Assembly: GCA_043825875.1 (NCBI GenBank)
Contig: JBDRRF010000076.1
Location: 128,001 to 192,000 of the forward strand
Source: Pseudomonadota bacterium
Lineage (GTDB): Bacteria; Desulfobacterota; Desulfobacteria; Desulfobacterales; RPRI01
Direction: 5' to 3'
DNA: 64,000 bases
Shown one piece after another: positions 19,777 through 29,723 of this stretch; positions within the stretch are counted from its first letter, which is position 1, and the number at the start of each line of letters is the position of its first letter. The notes beneath the pieces are model-generated. The model had not been told where the DNA came from. It did not search any database and saw only the letters and a program-made list of their open reading frames with translations. The translations under genes were made by a program, and so were the position numbers.

Positions 19777-20382
19777 CTAAAGCCCATGGTTTAAAATTTT
19801 CTGATGGATATACCTGGATTTGCCCTGACAACTTAAACATTCTGATCCATCTTTTTGAGGATAGGCTTCTTTGCAGTTAGTACATACAATTATTGCACCT
19901 TTGCTGTGCTTGCCCAAATATTTACTATCAATAGTTATACTTTGTATTCCACAGATATCAGCGCCTGCTTCCTCGATTTGTTCTAAAAGCAAATCTTTAT
20001 TCTGTTCTTTTTTTGTTTTGAGCTTAAAAAGCCAGCTTTTAATCTCCGGATACTGTTCCAGCTTTTTCGGATCTAAAAAAACACGAACTCCTTCTCCGGT
20101 AAATTTATCATAAAGACTTAAGGCAAACAGGCCTAAATTGTTTACTGTAACCCTGCCGTTTCCTGTGGTACACGGTGTAAGGATCTGAATAGCGTCAGGC
20201 AGACAGCTTAATGTCTCACAAAGAGCCTCAAAAAGTACTCCTTCAGGCATATGCTGCATAGCATAATCGACCATTATTCCTCCGACAAGGATTCCCGGAG
20301 CTGGGTATCCATGAAAATCTTTGGCAGCAGCCACATACTCTTTAAAAGAATAACGGCCAATCATTTTTTTGTTATTTTTCAT
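19777..20382 (-). CDS. FmdE-family protein
   Basis: FHGYPAPG, CLPDAIQILTPCTTGNG, C-terminal CxxC...CxxC. Confidence 0.88.
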   Translation of the reverse strand: MKNNKKMIGRYSFKEYVAAAKDFHGYPAPGILVGGIMVDYAMQHMPEGVLFEALCETLSCLPDAIQILTPCTTGNGRVTVNNLGLFALSLYDKFTGEGVRVFLDPKKLEQYPEIKSWLFKLKTKKEQNKDLLLEQIEEAGADICGIQSITIDSKYLGKHSKGAIIVCTNCKEAYPQKDGSECLSCQGKSRYIHQKILNHGL

Positions 20383-20532
20383 TACTTTTACCCAAATATA
20401 TTCTTATTAAAATTTTATATCGATACCAAAGGTGCTCTTTACATTTGCCTATGCTACATTACTTATGGAAGAATCTTTTTCAACAAATAATTCCTCTTTT
20501 TAAAATAATTGATACTAACGCATGGGTATATG

Positions 20533-20871
20533 CTATTCATCGGAGATTACAGGATCAAGTACAATAGCTCTATATGCACAAACCTTTGTGCATTTATTAC
20601 ATCCAACACATATGGAACCACGCTTTAGTCTTGTTTTTTTCAATTTCTCATCAAAGATGATGTATTGCTTTGAGCAAACTACAATGCACTTTTTGCAACT
20701 TTGACATTTATCAGATTTAATCCGAATTCTATAGGCTAAATGCTTCTTTGCCTGTGCTGCGGTATTCAACTGATACCTCCTCTTAACTCTGCTTGAAAAC
20801 AACCAAATCCGGCTTCCCCAGTTTTTGAAATCAGATAAATTTATATAATACCATATTGGATCAATTATCAA
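20533..20871 (-). CDS. 2x[4Fe-4S] ferredoxin-like protein (start uncertain)
   Basis: CQSCKKCIVVC and CVGCNKCTKVC. Confidence 0.7.
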   Translation of the reverse strand: MIIDPIWYYINLSDFKNWGSRIWLFSSRVKRRYQLNTAAQAKKHLAYRIRIKSDKCQSCKKCIVVCSKQYIIFDEKLKKTRLKRGSICVGCNKCTKVCAYRAIVLDPVISDE

Positions 20872-21048
20872 ATATAAATGTGCTTTATTAATAATATTGG
20901 TAGCTTTTTTATAATAAAATAAGCGGTAATATAAATTCGTAAAAGTTGAGATACTTGCAAGAATAGGAATATTGAAATATAAGAGAGTTGGATTTATGAA
21001 ATATAATAGTTGCTTTATTCAAGACCATCAAAAACTACGGAAATATAA

Positions 21049-22188
21049 ATGAAATCAAAAGATATCGGATTTAAACTTATTGCCATTGATCAATGCGGTG
21101 CAAGACTGGGCGAATTTAATACAGCTCACGGCATAGTACATACTCCTGCCTTTATGCCTGTGGGTACCGCCGGATTTGTACGATCTATTACTCCAAGAGA
21201 TGTTGCCGAAACGAATTCCGAAGTTGTGCTTGCAAACACTTATCATCTTTCCATCGGTGAAAGACTTGCTACGGTTAAACGATTGGGAGGTCTTCACCGT
21301 TTTATGGGCTGGGATAAAACCATACTTACCGACTCAGGCGGTTTTCAGGTTTTTTCTCTTCCCGGAAAAGAAATAAGCGATGACGGCGTTTCTTTTTCCT
21401 ATGAGGAAGGCGGAGAACGCATTTTCTTTTCTCCTGAGCGCTCAATGGAGATTCAGCGTGATCTTGGAGCAGATATCGTAATGGCTTTTGATGAATGTGT
21501 TGAACATACGGCTTCAAGAGAATATATACGACAATCGGTTGAGCGGACTACCGAATGGGCAAAACGCTGCCGAAAAGTTGGATTAAAAGAATACCAGTTT
21601 ATGTTCGGAATCGTTCAGGGCGGTATTTTTCCTGAACTTCGGCAAAAAAGTGCTGCCGGAATCACCTCAATTCCTTTTGACGGTTATGCGATAGGCGGAG
21701 TCAGCGTAGGCGAGGGTTTCGAGCTTATGAAAAAAGTGGTTGAAATCACAGCGCCTTTATTGCCGGAACATAAACCCAAGTATTTAATGGGGGTTGGACT
21801 TCCTGAAGATTTGCTTGCAGCGGTAAAAGGCGGAATGGATATGTTCGACTGTGTAATTCCTACAAGGTACGCCAGGCAAGGAACCCTTTTTACACGGATG
21901 GGTAAAATCAGAATTCTTGATAAAACCTACCGTAAAGACAAGTTTCCCCTTGATACAAAATGTCAGTGCTACACATGCAAAACATATCCACGAATGGTTT
22001 TGCGTTATCTGCTGTTTTCCCGCGATCCTCTTGCTGAAACACTTCTTACCATTCACAACCTGACCTTTTATCAGGATTTAATGAAAGACATAAGAAACGC
22101 CATAAAACAAAACCGCTATAACGATTTTTGCGAAGAATGGCTTGAAGTGTATAAGAAAAAAAGCAGAAAGAACAAAGATAGCGAGTAA
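21049..22188 (+). CDS. tgt: tRNA-guanine transglycosylase
   Basis: TPAFMPVGT, TDSGGFQVFSL, GIVQGG, DMFDCVIPTR, CQCYTC...HN. Confidence 0.95.
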   Translation: MKSKDIGFKLIAIDQCGARLGEFNTAHGIVHTPAFMPVGTAGFVRSITPRDVAETNSEVVLANTYHLSIGERLATVKRLGGLHRFMGWDKTILTDSGGFQVFSLPGKEISDDGVSFSYEEGGERIFFSPERSMEIQRDLGADIVMAFDECVEHTASREYIRQSVERTTEWAKRCRKVGLKEYQFMFGIVQGGIFPELRQKSAAGITSIPFDGYAIGGVSVGEGFELMKKVVEITAPLLPEHKPKYLMGVGLPEDLLAAVKGGMDMFDCVIPTRYARQGTLFTRMGKIRILDKTYRKDKFPLDTKCQCYTCKTYPRMVLRYLLFSRDPLAETLLTIHNLTFYQDLMKDIRNAIKQNRYNDFCEEWLEVYKKKSRKNKDSE

Positions 22189-22254
22189 AACTCAACCCGA
22201 AAAGCAGAGGGCCTCAGTAAAACCTCTATGGAAGGGGTATGCAAAGAAAAAGGC

Positions 22255-22294
22255 GGCGGGGTGTAAAACCCCGCCCTACACATCTGCTGTTACT
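22255..22294 (+). repeat. REP-like palindromic dispersed repeat, copy 2
   Basis: GGCGGGGTGTAAAACCCCGCCCTAC...CATCTGCTGTTACT. Confidence 0.65.
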
Positions 22295-22457
22295 GTAGAA
22301 ACAATCTACCGATCCTCGATATCATATCTTGTATCTTCCTTCGATATTCATTATTTTTTATTCGATATTCGATATTTTAATTACTTTTTAGCGCTTATGA
22401 CCCCCGGTTTCTGATACCTGCCCCCTGATCCTTGGACACTCTATTTAGTTTTTCTCA

Positions 22458-24143
22458 TCATATCCTTGTTAGCTGCCGGTATTTAATTCGGTGAGGCTGG
22501 TTTGCCGCAGCCCCTAAACGAGCTTTCATATCCGCTTCATATTCGGAGTAGTTTCCTTCAAACCATACTACTTTGCTGTTTCCTTCAAAAGCTAGTATAT
22601 GGGTTGCTATCCTGTCAAGAAACCACCTGTCATGACTTATCACAACCGCACAACCTCCGAAGTTCTCAAGCGCTTCTTCCAAAGCCCGCATGGTGTTTAC
22701 ATCAAGGTCATTTGTAGGTTCATCAAGAAGAAGTACATTAGCACCTTCTTTTAACATACGTGCAAGATGCACCCTGTTTCTTTCTCCGCCTGAAAGCAAT
22801 CCGACTTTTTTCTGCTGATCGGTTCCTGAAAAATTAAACTTAGACACATAGGCGCGCGAGTTTACTTCCTTGTTTCCTAACATAACGATATCAAGCCCTT
22901 CAGAAATTACTTCCCATATACTTTTTGACGGGTCAAGAACATCCCTGCTTTGATCAACATATGCCGTTTTTACGGTTTCTCCGATTTTAATTTCTCCCGA
23001 ACCAGGCTTGTCTTGCCCTACTATCATTCTAAACAACGTAGTTTTTCCGGCGCCGTTAGGGCCAACAACTCCGATTATACCGCCTGGAGGAAGAGAAAAA
23101 GTCATGTTTTCAATAAGAAGATTATTATTAAAGCCCTTAGATACATCTTTTGCCTCTATTACTATATTCCCGAGACGGGGTCCGGGTGGAATGTATATTT
23201 CAAGATCTTTCGCTCTTTTTTCAACTTCCTGGCCAAGAAGAGCTTCGTAAGAATTAATACGCGCCTTGGATTTGGCATGACGTCCTTTAGGAGATAACCT
23301 GATCCATTCAAGCTCTCTTTGCAATGTCTTACGGCGCTCGCTTGTTGTCTTTTCTTCCTGTGATAGTCTTGCCTGCTTTTGCTCAAGCCATGACGAATAG
23401 TTTCCTTTCCAGGGAATTCCGTGGCCTTTATCCAGCTCAAGTATCCATCCGGCAACATTATCAAGAAAATACCTGTCATGAGTTACGGCAATAATTGTTC
23501 CCGCATAATTTTTCAGATGATGTTCAAGCCATGCAACAGATTCTGCATCAAGATGGTTTGTAGGCTCATCAAGAAGCAGAATATCCGGTTTTTGAAGTAG
23601 TAATCTGCAAAGAGCAACACGTCTTTTCTCGCCACCTGACAACACCTTTACAGCTGTTTCTCCGGAAGGGCATCTAAGGGCATCCATAGCCATTTCAAGG
23701 CGTGCATCAAGATCCCAGGCATCAAGCACATCAAGTTTTTCCTGCACTACGCCCTGGCGCTCGATAAGCTTATTCATTTCATCATCTGACATAGGCTCTG
23801 CAAATTTTTCATTTATGCTGTTATATTCATTAACAACATCAACTATATCCTGCACTCCTTCTTCAACTATTCCCTTCACAGTCTTGTTTTCATTAAGTAT
23901 CGGCTCTTGCTCCAGCAAACCTATAGTGTGTCCGGGAGAAAGAATTGTCTTTCCAACAAATTCATTGTCAACCCCGGCAAGAATCTTAAGTAATGAGCTT
24001 TTGCCCGAACCGTTTAAGCCAAGAACTCCAATCTTTGCACCATAAAAATAAGAAAGATTGATATCTTTAATAATAGGTTTCTTGTCATAAAATTTACTTA
24101 CCCCAATCATGGAATATATTATTTTGTTAGGATCATTACTCAT
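22458..24143 (-). CDS. ettA: Energy-dependent translational throttle ABC-F ATPase
   Basis: Two ABC domains; GAKIGVLGLNGSGKS, LDEPTNHLD, PHRIKYR C-terminus. Confidence 0.95.
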   Translation of the reverse strand: MSNDPNKIIYSMIGVSKFYDKKPIIKDINLSYFYGAKIGVLGLNGSGKSSLLKILAGVDNEFVGKTILSPGHTIGLLEQEPILNENKTVKGIVEEGVQDIVDVVNEYNSINEKFAEPMSDDEMNKLIERQGVVQEKLDVLDAWDLDARLEMAMDALRCPSGETAVKVLSGGEKRRVALCRLLLQKPDILLLDEPTNHLDAESVAWLEHHLKNYAGTIIAVTHDRYFLDNVAGWILELDKGHGIPWKGNYSSWLEQKQARLSQEEKTTSERRKTLQRELEWIRLSPKGRHAKSKARINSYEALLGQEVEKRAKDLEIYIPPGPRLGNIVIEAKDVSKGFNNNLLIENMTFSLPPGGIIGVVGPNGAGKTTLFRMIVGQDKPGSGEIKIGETVKTAYVDQSRDVLDPSKSIWEVISEGLDIVMLGNKEVNSRAYVSKFNFSGTDQQKKVGLLSGGERNRVHLARMLKEGANVLLLDEPTNDLDVNTMRALEEALENFGGCAVVISHDRWFLDRIATHILAFEGNSKVVWFEGNYSEYEADMKARLGAAANQPHRIKYRQLTRI

Positions 24144-24164
24144 CTTCTTTAAATTTCTCCTTAT

Positions 24165-24890
24165 TCACAAAAGCCGCCTGGCATTTCTCTCAGGAAGCCC
24201 TGCTTTTATAATTTTATTTACTACAGAATTAATATCGTAAGAGATATATTTTACTTCAATTGAATCATTTAATGTATCCCATATAATATATTTGGCATGC
24301 TTGTCACCGTCTCTTGGCTGCCCCACGCTTCCGGCGTTTATTATATAGCGCTTATCGGCGCAAAGCTGCGTTACGCCTTTATCCAGAACGTTATGTGCTA
24401 TAGTACTTCCATCAATTTCAATTAATCTTAAGCTATGCGTATGACCTATAAAACATACCCTCTCCTCGTATTTTCCTAAAGCATCAAATATCCCTTTTTT
24501 GTCAAATTCAAACATATATTTTGTCGGCGATTCAGGAGGAAAACCGTGAACAAAACGAGAACTGTAAGTTAGTATGCTTTTCTTAAGGCTTTTAACAAAA
24601 CGTAAAGATTCTTCTTTTAGCATACCTATTGTGATTAGCATAGAACGGTATGCAGAAGGATTAAATCTTGATAGATACTCCCGATTGATAATACATAGTT
24701 CATGGTTTCCCAGGACAGTCGGTATTTTACGATCACAAATCATTTTGATGGTTTCATTCGGTTCAGGCCCGTAACCTATGACATCACCAAGACAAACTAT
24801 TTTATCTGCACCCGAAATATCGATATCGGCCAGAACTGCTTCAAATGCTTCTGCGTTGCCATGAATATCCGAAACAACTGCAAGTTTCAT
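24165..24890 (-). CDS. Metallophosphoesterase
   Basis: SDIHGN, GDVIGYG, GNHE, GHTH, NAGSVGQPRDGD. Confidence 0.92.
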   Translation of the reverse strand: MKLAVVSDIHGNAEAFEAVLADIDISGADKIVCLGDVIGYGPEPNETIKMICDRKIPTVLGNHELCIINREYLSRFNPSAYRSMLITIGMLKEESLRFVKSLKKSILTYSSRFVHGFPPESPTKYMFEFDKKGIFDALGKYEERVCFIGHTHSLRLIEIDGSTIAHNVLDKGVTQLCADKRYIINAGSVGQPRDGDKHAKYIIWDTLNDSIEVKYISYDINSVVNKIIKAGLPERNARRLL

Positions 24891-24907
24891 AAAGCTCCGT
24901 AAGAATA

Positions 24908-25204
24908 TCAGCGGTCTTTTTTCTGTGCCCTGTAAATGCTTTCGTTTACTTCAAGTTCAAACAGATTTTCGCCAAGTAAATTAAGAATCGCTTTCCCTTC
25001 TTCTGTTCCTGCAAGAACCGGATGCCTGCCTCTTAAATGAGCAAAATCCGTATATTCTAGGAAACTCTTAAGTCCTTCGATTTTTTCTTCCAACTCAGAA
25101 TCTGTCGATTCAGAATTTTCGAAAAATTCGGTAATGCTATTATTATATAGGCGCTTAGCCTCTGTTTCTATGCAATGCCCGGATAGATTCATTTTAATTT
25201 TCAT
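24908..25204 (-). CDS. Hypothetical protein
   Basis: 98-aa ORF within a same-strand gene run. Confidence 0.7.
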   Translation of the reverse strand: MKIKMNLSGHCIETEAKRLYNNSITEFFENSESTDSELEEKIEGLKSFLEYTDFAHLRGRHPVLAGTEEGKAILNLLGENLFELEVNESIYRAQKKDR

Positions 25205-25247
25205 AAGTACACAAGTTTATGATTTGTAAAATCTACATGATACCGGT

Positions 25248-25676
25248 TTAATAATGTGAGTTATATGCTTTCTTCCATGGATCACGACGAAGTGCTTCAG
25301 CATTTGCAAGCGCTAAATACAGCGCTCCCACAGCAAGCTCTGCACAATGAAAATGATTTTCGGGCAGAGTTTCAAGATATTCGGCCACAGCTTCAGGAGT
25401 AACATCCCAAGCCTTTTCCAGTGTTTTCCCCTCTACCATATCAATAAGCGTATTTGTACATGCAACAGTGTTAATACATCCGTTGATATGATATGAAGCT
25501 GTTTCAATAATATCGCCACGGGTTATTATAAAAAGCTCAATGGTATCTCCGCAATCGCCCTCTTTTTTGCCATAACCATCCGGGGTTTTAATGATTTCAT
25601 TTTTATCATTCATAAAAGCCATTTTCAGGAATTTATCAGAATGATTTTGCCAAAAATCAGATACTTCTGTGCTCAT
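25248..25676 (-). CDS. NifU/IscU-like Fe-S scaffold
   Basis: GDCGDTI, GCINTVAC, HCAELA. Confidence 0.88.
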   Translation of the reverse strand: MSTEVSDFWQNHSDKFLKMAFMNDKNEIIKTPDGYGKKEGDCGDTIELFIITRGDIIETASYHINGCINTVACTNTLIDMVEGKTLEKAWDVTPEAVAEYLETLPENHFHCAELAVGALYLALANAEALRRDPWKKAYNSHY

Positions 25677-25799
25677 TTTTTTCTCCAAAACAATTGTCTT
25701 ATAAATATTATATATTTAATTAAGTCTTTTAATAAAACCACAATAGCATTGCAAGCTTTATAAAAGCGGTAAACATGTTGCCTTTTGTCTATTTTCGTT

Positions 25800-26546
25800 T
25801 TATTCGTTAAACCATTTTCTTAATTGTGGGATATACTCATCGGGAAAAGCGTGTTCTACACCTGGCATTTTTACTATAGTTACATCAGGTTGCCAGCCCA
25901 TTGCGTGATTTGCATCCACAAAATCAAGCAAATGGCGCCGCCATTTGTATCTGCGGCTTCCGCCAACAAATTGGATAAAGCGCTTTTTTCGAACAACTAT
26001 TTTATGACCGCTTGTAATGTAACAACCTCCGTCTAAAAGATAGAAGCCTGAAAAATGTTTCATAATAAAAGGATCTACAGCCGAAACCAGCATTGCTGTT
26101 GTGTGTGCACCATTTGAAAATCCGCCAAACAAACTTCGTTTTGCATCAATATTAAAAACAGCATCAAATAAGGTCTTTAACATCTTCCGGTAACACTTGG
26201 AAATTATCAGCAGATCATCATATGCTCCTATCAATACACCTTTAAACATTTCTTCAGGATCAAGGGCTTTTTTAAAAAGCGGCAATGCTACTGCTATAAA
26301 ATCTTTATCAGCCGTCAGTTTACGGACGTAATTTAAATTCTCTCTGTTTATAATTCCGCCATCTCCGCCTGCAATATATACCAAAACGGGAAATAGTGCA
26401 TCCTGTGTATAGTTTTTGGGCAGACAAGCAAGCAGCCGGGGTGTTACCCTTTTGCCTTTTTTCAACCCATATAATGTATCCGGCAGTTCATCAAACGCGA
26501 ACTCCAGTACAGCTTTTGCTTTCAAAGGATTTTTGTTCTTATCCAT
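25800..26546 (-). CDS. Putative alpha/beta hydrolase
   Basis: GFSNG nucleophile elbow and GVEHAF; start uncertain. Confidence 0.6.
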   Translation of the reverse strand: MDKNKNPLKAKAVLEFAFDELPDTLYGLKKGKRVTPRLLACLPKNYTQDALFPVLVYIAGGDGGIINRENLNYVRKLTADKDFIAVALPLFKKALDPEEMFKGVLIGAYDDLLIISKCYRKMLKTLFDAVFNIDAKRSLFGGFSNGAHTTAMLVSAVDPFIMKHFSGFYLLDGGCYITSGHKIVVRKKRFIQFVGGSRRYKWRRHLLDFVDANHAMGWQPDVTIVKMPGVEHAFPDEYIPQLRKWFNE

Positions 26547-26663
26547 AATAAAATCCCGGCAAGAATGGAGTATTTTACATCGAAGCGATGAGAAACATAA
26601 TATGATATAAATATATAGAAGTCTATATTTTATAAACAAGGAAGTATTGAGCAATAACTATTC

Positions 26664-27278
26664 CTACCGCGATAAAGCAACAAGCCTGTAAACCAGTGCT
26701 CCTGAAAGCCAGGCTACATCTTCCGGTGAAAGAATATCGCCTATATTGTCATTGAATAATATATTTGCTTCAGATGGAAATTCTTCATCGCCATACCAGA
26801 TAATAAGCTGCAATGAAACATGCGGAAATAGTATAAACTCGAAAGCGGCATCACCTGCATCAAAGGCTTTTCCTTCTAAATATTTTGCAGCGTTAGCAAA
26901 TAAACTGATATTATTGCCGAAAATATCTTTTAAAGGATTTATGGCCCTGTTAACAAAAGCGGAATAATAAAAAGATGCTCCGGGAATTTCCCGAAATGAA
27001 ATCCAGTTTGAATAACCGGTTATTATTGCTTTTGCTAAAAGATAATGCAGTATAATAACCTGTTCCTGAATTGGCACTTCTTTTGGTTCAGGAGATTCAT
27101 CCTTAAATTCAAAATCTGGCCAGCTGACAATATAGAGTCTGTTTAAAAAAGGAACCCTTAATCTATTATTATCAACAAGTTCATATCCTGATCTATTTGC
27201 TATATCAGATAAGGTATCGTTTGAAAGATCCTGAACTGCGATTTTTTTTGCGTTAATATAATCATCAACACGCGCCAT
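26664..27278 (-). CDS. DUF3786-family protein
   Basis: ILHYL, WISFREIPG, GDEEFPSEANILF; located downstream of the acs cluster. Confidence 0.85.
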   Translation of the reverse strand: MARVDDYINAKKIAVQDLSNDTLSDIANRSGYELVDNNRLRVPFLNRLYIVSWPDFEFKDESPEPKEVPIQEQVIILHYLLAKAIITGYSNWISFREIPGASFYYSAFVNRAINPLKDIFGNNISLFANAAKYLEGKAFDAGDAAFEFILFPHVSLQLIIWYGDEEFPSEANILFNDNIGDILSPEDVAWLSGALVYRLVALSR

Positions 27279-27310
27279 TTTTTAACTCCTGGTGCCGGCG
27301 GTAAAACAAA

Positions 27311-27342
27311 TAAAAGCCTCACCTTATCAGGCGAGGCTTTTA
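27311..27342 (-). terminator. Terminator after acsE
   Basis: AAAAGCCTC...GAGGCTTTT hairpin. Confidence 0.7.
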
Positions 27343-27362
27343 TTATTTATTTATCTAAAAAA

Positions 27363-28244
27363 TTATACCTCAAGCCATGAATCCGAGTACAGAGTCTTGC
27401 CAAGAATTACATTAGTAGTCTTGACATAATCCTGCATTTCTTTTGAAAGACTTGCCATATCCGGCTCATTGCCATCCATGGTTGCATAGATCAGGTCAAT
27501 AATATCCTGACGTTTGCCTTTTGCAATTTCAGTCAGTTGCAAGTCAAGAGGATCCGAAATAACCGAATACATACCTTTTCTTCCAAGCATAACCATGTAT
27601 GTCTGATTCAGAATAGGACGCAGATGAACCGGCGGTCCATTTGAAATATTTGACAAACCACATGTGCTCTTTGCACCTGGAGCTATATCTTCGATCATTG
27701 CCTGAAACTCCATAAGGCTGATAAGCTGAGGCTGCTGGATATTAACAGGTGTTACTATGCCATCTACCCAGATTTTTTCATTCGGAATACCTGCTTCATT
27801 TGCAGCATATAAAAGTTCTACACAAAGTGCGGCGCGTTCATTCTCATCACGAGGAAGACCGTCAGGTCCCCACATGAGCGCTATAAAATCCGCATTATAC
27901 TCTGCTGCAAGAGGAATCATTTTCTCATATCTCTCAGGACGGCACATGATGGAATTGATAAGAGGCGGAAGTTTACAAACTTTTAAAGCCGCTTCAATTG
28001 CGCCTATGTTTGATGTATCTAAGACCAGAGGAACATCACTTACTACTTCCTGAACCACTTCAACAACCCATGGCATAAGTTCATGACCGTCTTTTTTTGC
28101 CGGCCCAAGATTTATATCGATATAATCCATACCCTTTTCTTTTTGAAAAAGAGCCTCTTCCTGGATCGGTTTCGGATCGCGTTCTTTGAAGGCCTTCCCG
28201 ATCTTTTTTGAAATAACATTTAAGCTTTCACCAATAAGTAACAT
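27363..28244 (-). CDS. acsE: Methyltetrahydrofolate:corrinoid Fe-S protein methyltransferase
   Basis: LIGESLN, IDINLG, GLSNISNG pterin-binding fold; cluster context. Confidence 0.9.
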   Translation of the reverse strand: MLLIGESLNVISKKIGKAFKERDPKPIQEEALFQKEKGMDYIDINLGPAKKDGHELMPWVVEVVQEVVSDVPLVLDTSNIGAIEAALKVCKLPPLINSIMCRPERYEKMIPLAAEYNADFIALMWGPDGLPRDENERAALCVELLYAANEAGIPNEKIWVDGIVTPVNIQQPQLISLMEFQAMIEDIAPGAKSTCGLSNISNGPPVHLRPILNQTYMVMLGRKGMYSVISDPLDLQLTEIAKGKRQDIIDLIYATMDGNEPDMASLSKEMQDYVKTTNVILGKTLYSDSWLEV

Positions 28245-28326
28245 ACGACCTCCCCGTTTATTTGCTAACGGTTGTTAATGGCAGCGGTTCTCCTGTTTGC
28301 AAAAGAAAACCGCCACCTTCTTATTA

Positions 28327-29667
28327 TTACATTGCCTTCAAAAATGCCGGAATATGTGCTGCTTCACGCGGACCAACCATAATTTTCCATCCGGGAAGCT
28401 CTTCTTCCATATCACCTGCAATTGCTGCAGCATAGCCAGGAATAATAATCTGCTGATGCTTTACCTTGTCAGTAATACCACTCTTTTTAACGAATACTCC
28501 GACATCATCGCCCGAAAATTTTCCGGCAGCCCATGCAGTCATAACCGAAAGGCCTTCTGAATCTTTTATCAACAACCATGCAGGAACCTTACTGCTTTCA
28601 ATTTCACCTGAAACGATAAAATAAGTAAGAGCAAAATTTGTTGTAATAAGCACGGGTGAATTTTCATCAGGATTCCCGATCGGATAAATTCCCTCTGTTA
28701 CAGTCATCGGTCTTTGTGGGTCAGTGAATATATTGAGTCTTTCAAGAAGAAGAGGAAATACGCTCTCGCTCTTGAAATCAGACATCACTACAATACCGCC
28801 ATATTTGGCTACATGCGTTGCAGCAATAAGAGTTTCCATATCAAGGTTTGAAGCCATCTCACATGGAAATGTTATTGTCGAAAAACCAAGAGATCTGTTT
28901 CCTGATTTAAGAGCTGCACGTCTTATAGCAACCAAATCTTCTAACGACTGCTTAATTTCTCTTGAGCCCGGATCAACTATAAGGTCTTTTAAACCCATTC
29001 CGGTCAGCTTATCAGTCAGAGGAATCAAGCCTTCAACGGAATTTGCCTTAACTGCAAGAGGCAGATCATTTGCTTTTGCTATCTCACCCATTGCATCAAC
29101 ATTGCCTTCTGTTGCAGCATATATTAAAGGTTTCTTAAATTTACATGCTTCTACTCCGGCTTTAATTACATCTGCGTTTTCACTCATAAGAATGAGATTG
29201 AATTCGGAAGTTTCGGCAATTAATTTTGCCTTCTTTGCGAATTCTTTTCCATCCCCTTTTGCATCCTTAAGAGCAATAATTTCAGGTCTTAAATTCAATC
29301 CAACCCTTTCATACTGAAAAGCATTCCAGACTTTAAGCTTATCTTTAAGCTCTGCATCCTTAATATCAGAATTAACAAGAGCAGCAAATGCTGTCGGGTT
29401 GAAAAATGTTTTTTCATGGCGGTATTGTACAGTCTCACCACCGGTCGTAATCGAACGGACGCCTTTACCAACAACAACAGGCCGTATAGGAGGCGCTGAA
29501 GCCGCTGAGAGTTGTTCTTTAGCTTCGTCAGAAACATATGGACAGCTATCAAGCTCAGCCTTGCCGGATGCCAAGTTCATGGCAAATGCAAGGCATGTGG
29601 GAACGCCACACTCCTTACAGTTGGTTTTTGGCAGGAGTTTGAATATCTGAATACCAGTTAATGCCAT
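28327..29667 (-). CDS. acsC: Corrinoid Fe-S protein large (gamma) subunit
   Basis: LPKTNCKECGVPTCLAFA, TTNFALTY, TAWAAGKF. Confidence 0.95.
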   Translation of the reverse strand: MALTGIQIFKLLPKTNCKECGVPTCLAFAMNLASGKAELDSCPYVSDEAKEQLSAASAPPIRPVVVGKGVRSITTGGETVQYRHEKTFFNPTAFAALVNSDIKDAELKDKLKVWNAFQYERVGLNLRPEIIALKDAKGDGKEFAKKAKLIAETSEFNLILMSENADVIKAGVEACKFKKPLIYAATEGNVDAMGEIAKANDLPLAVKANSVEGLIPLTDKLTGMGLKDLIVDPGSREIKQSLEDLVAIRRAALKSGNRSLGFSTITFPCEMASNLDMETLIAATHVAKYGGIVVMSDFKSESVFPLLLERLNIFTDPQRPMTVTEGIYPIGNPDENSPVLITTNFALTYFIVSGEIESSKVPAWLLIKDSEGLSVMTAWAAGKFSGDDVGVFVKKSGITDKVKHQQIIIPGYAAAIAGDMEEELPGWKIMVGPREAAHIPAFLKAM

Positions 29668-29723
29668 TTTTATCTCCTTATTTAATTAAAATACAAAAAA
29701 TTCTTATTTGCCGACTTTTTCAA

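Noticed and set aside
7870..22188. QueG-like gene plus tgt as a 7-deazaguanine DNA-modification (dpd) system
   Set aside because: The genes are over 12 kb apart, tgt looks like the canonical tRNA enzyme, and no dpd genes are visible
22300..22450. CGATATT-type heptamer runs
   Set aside because: Low-complexity intergenic repeats with no supportable function
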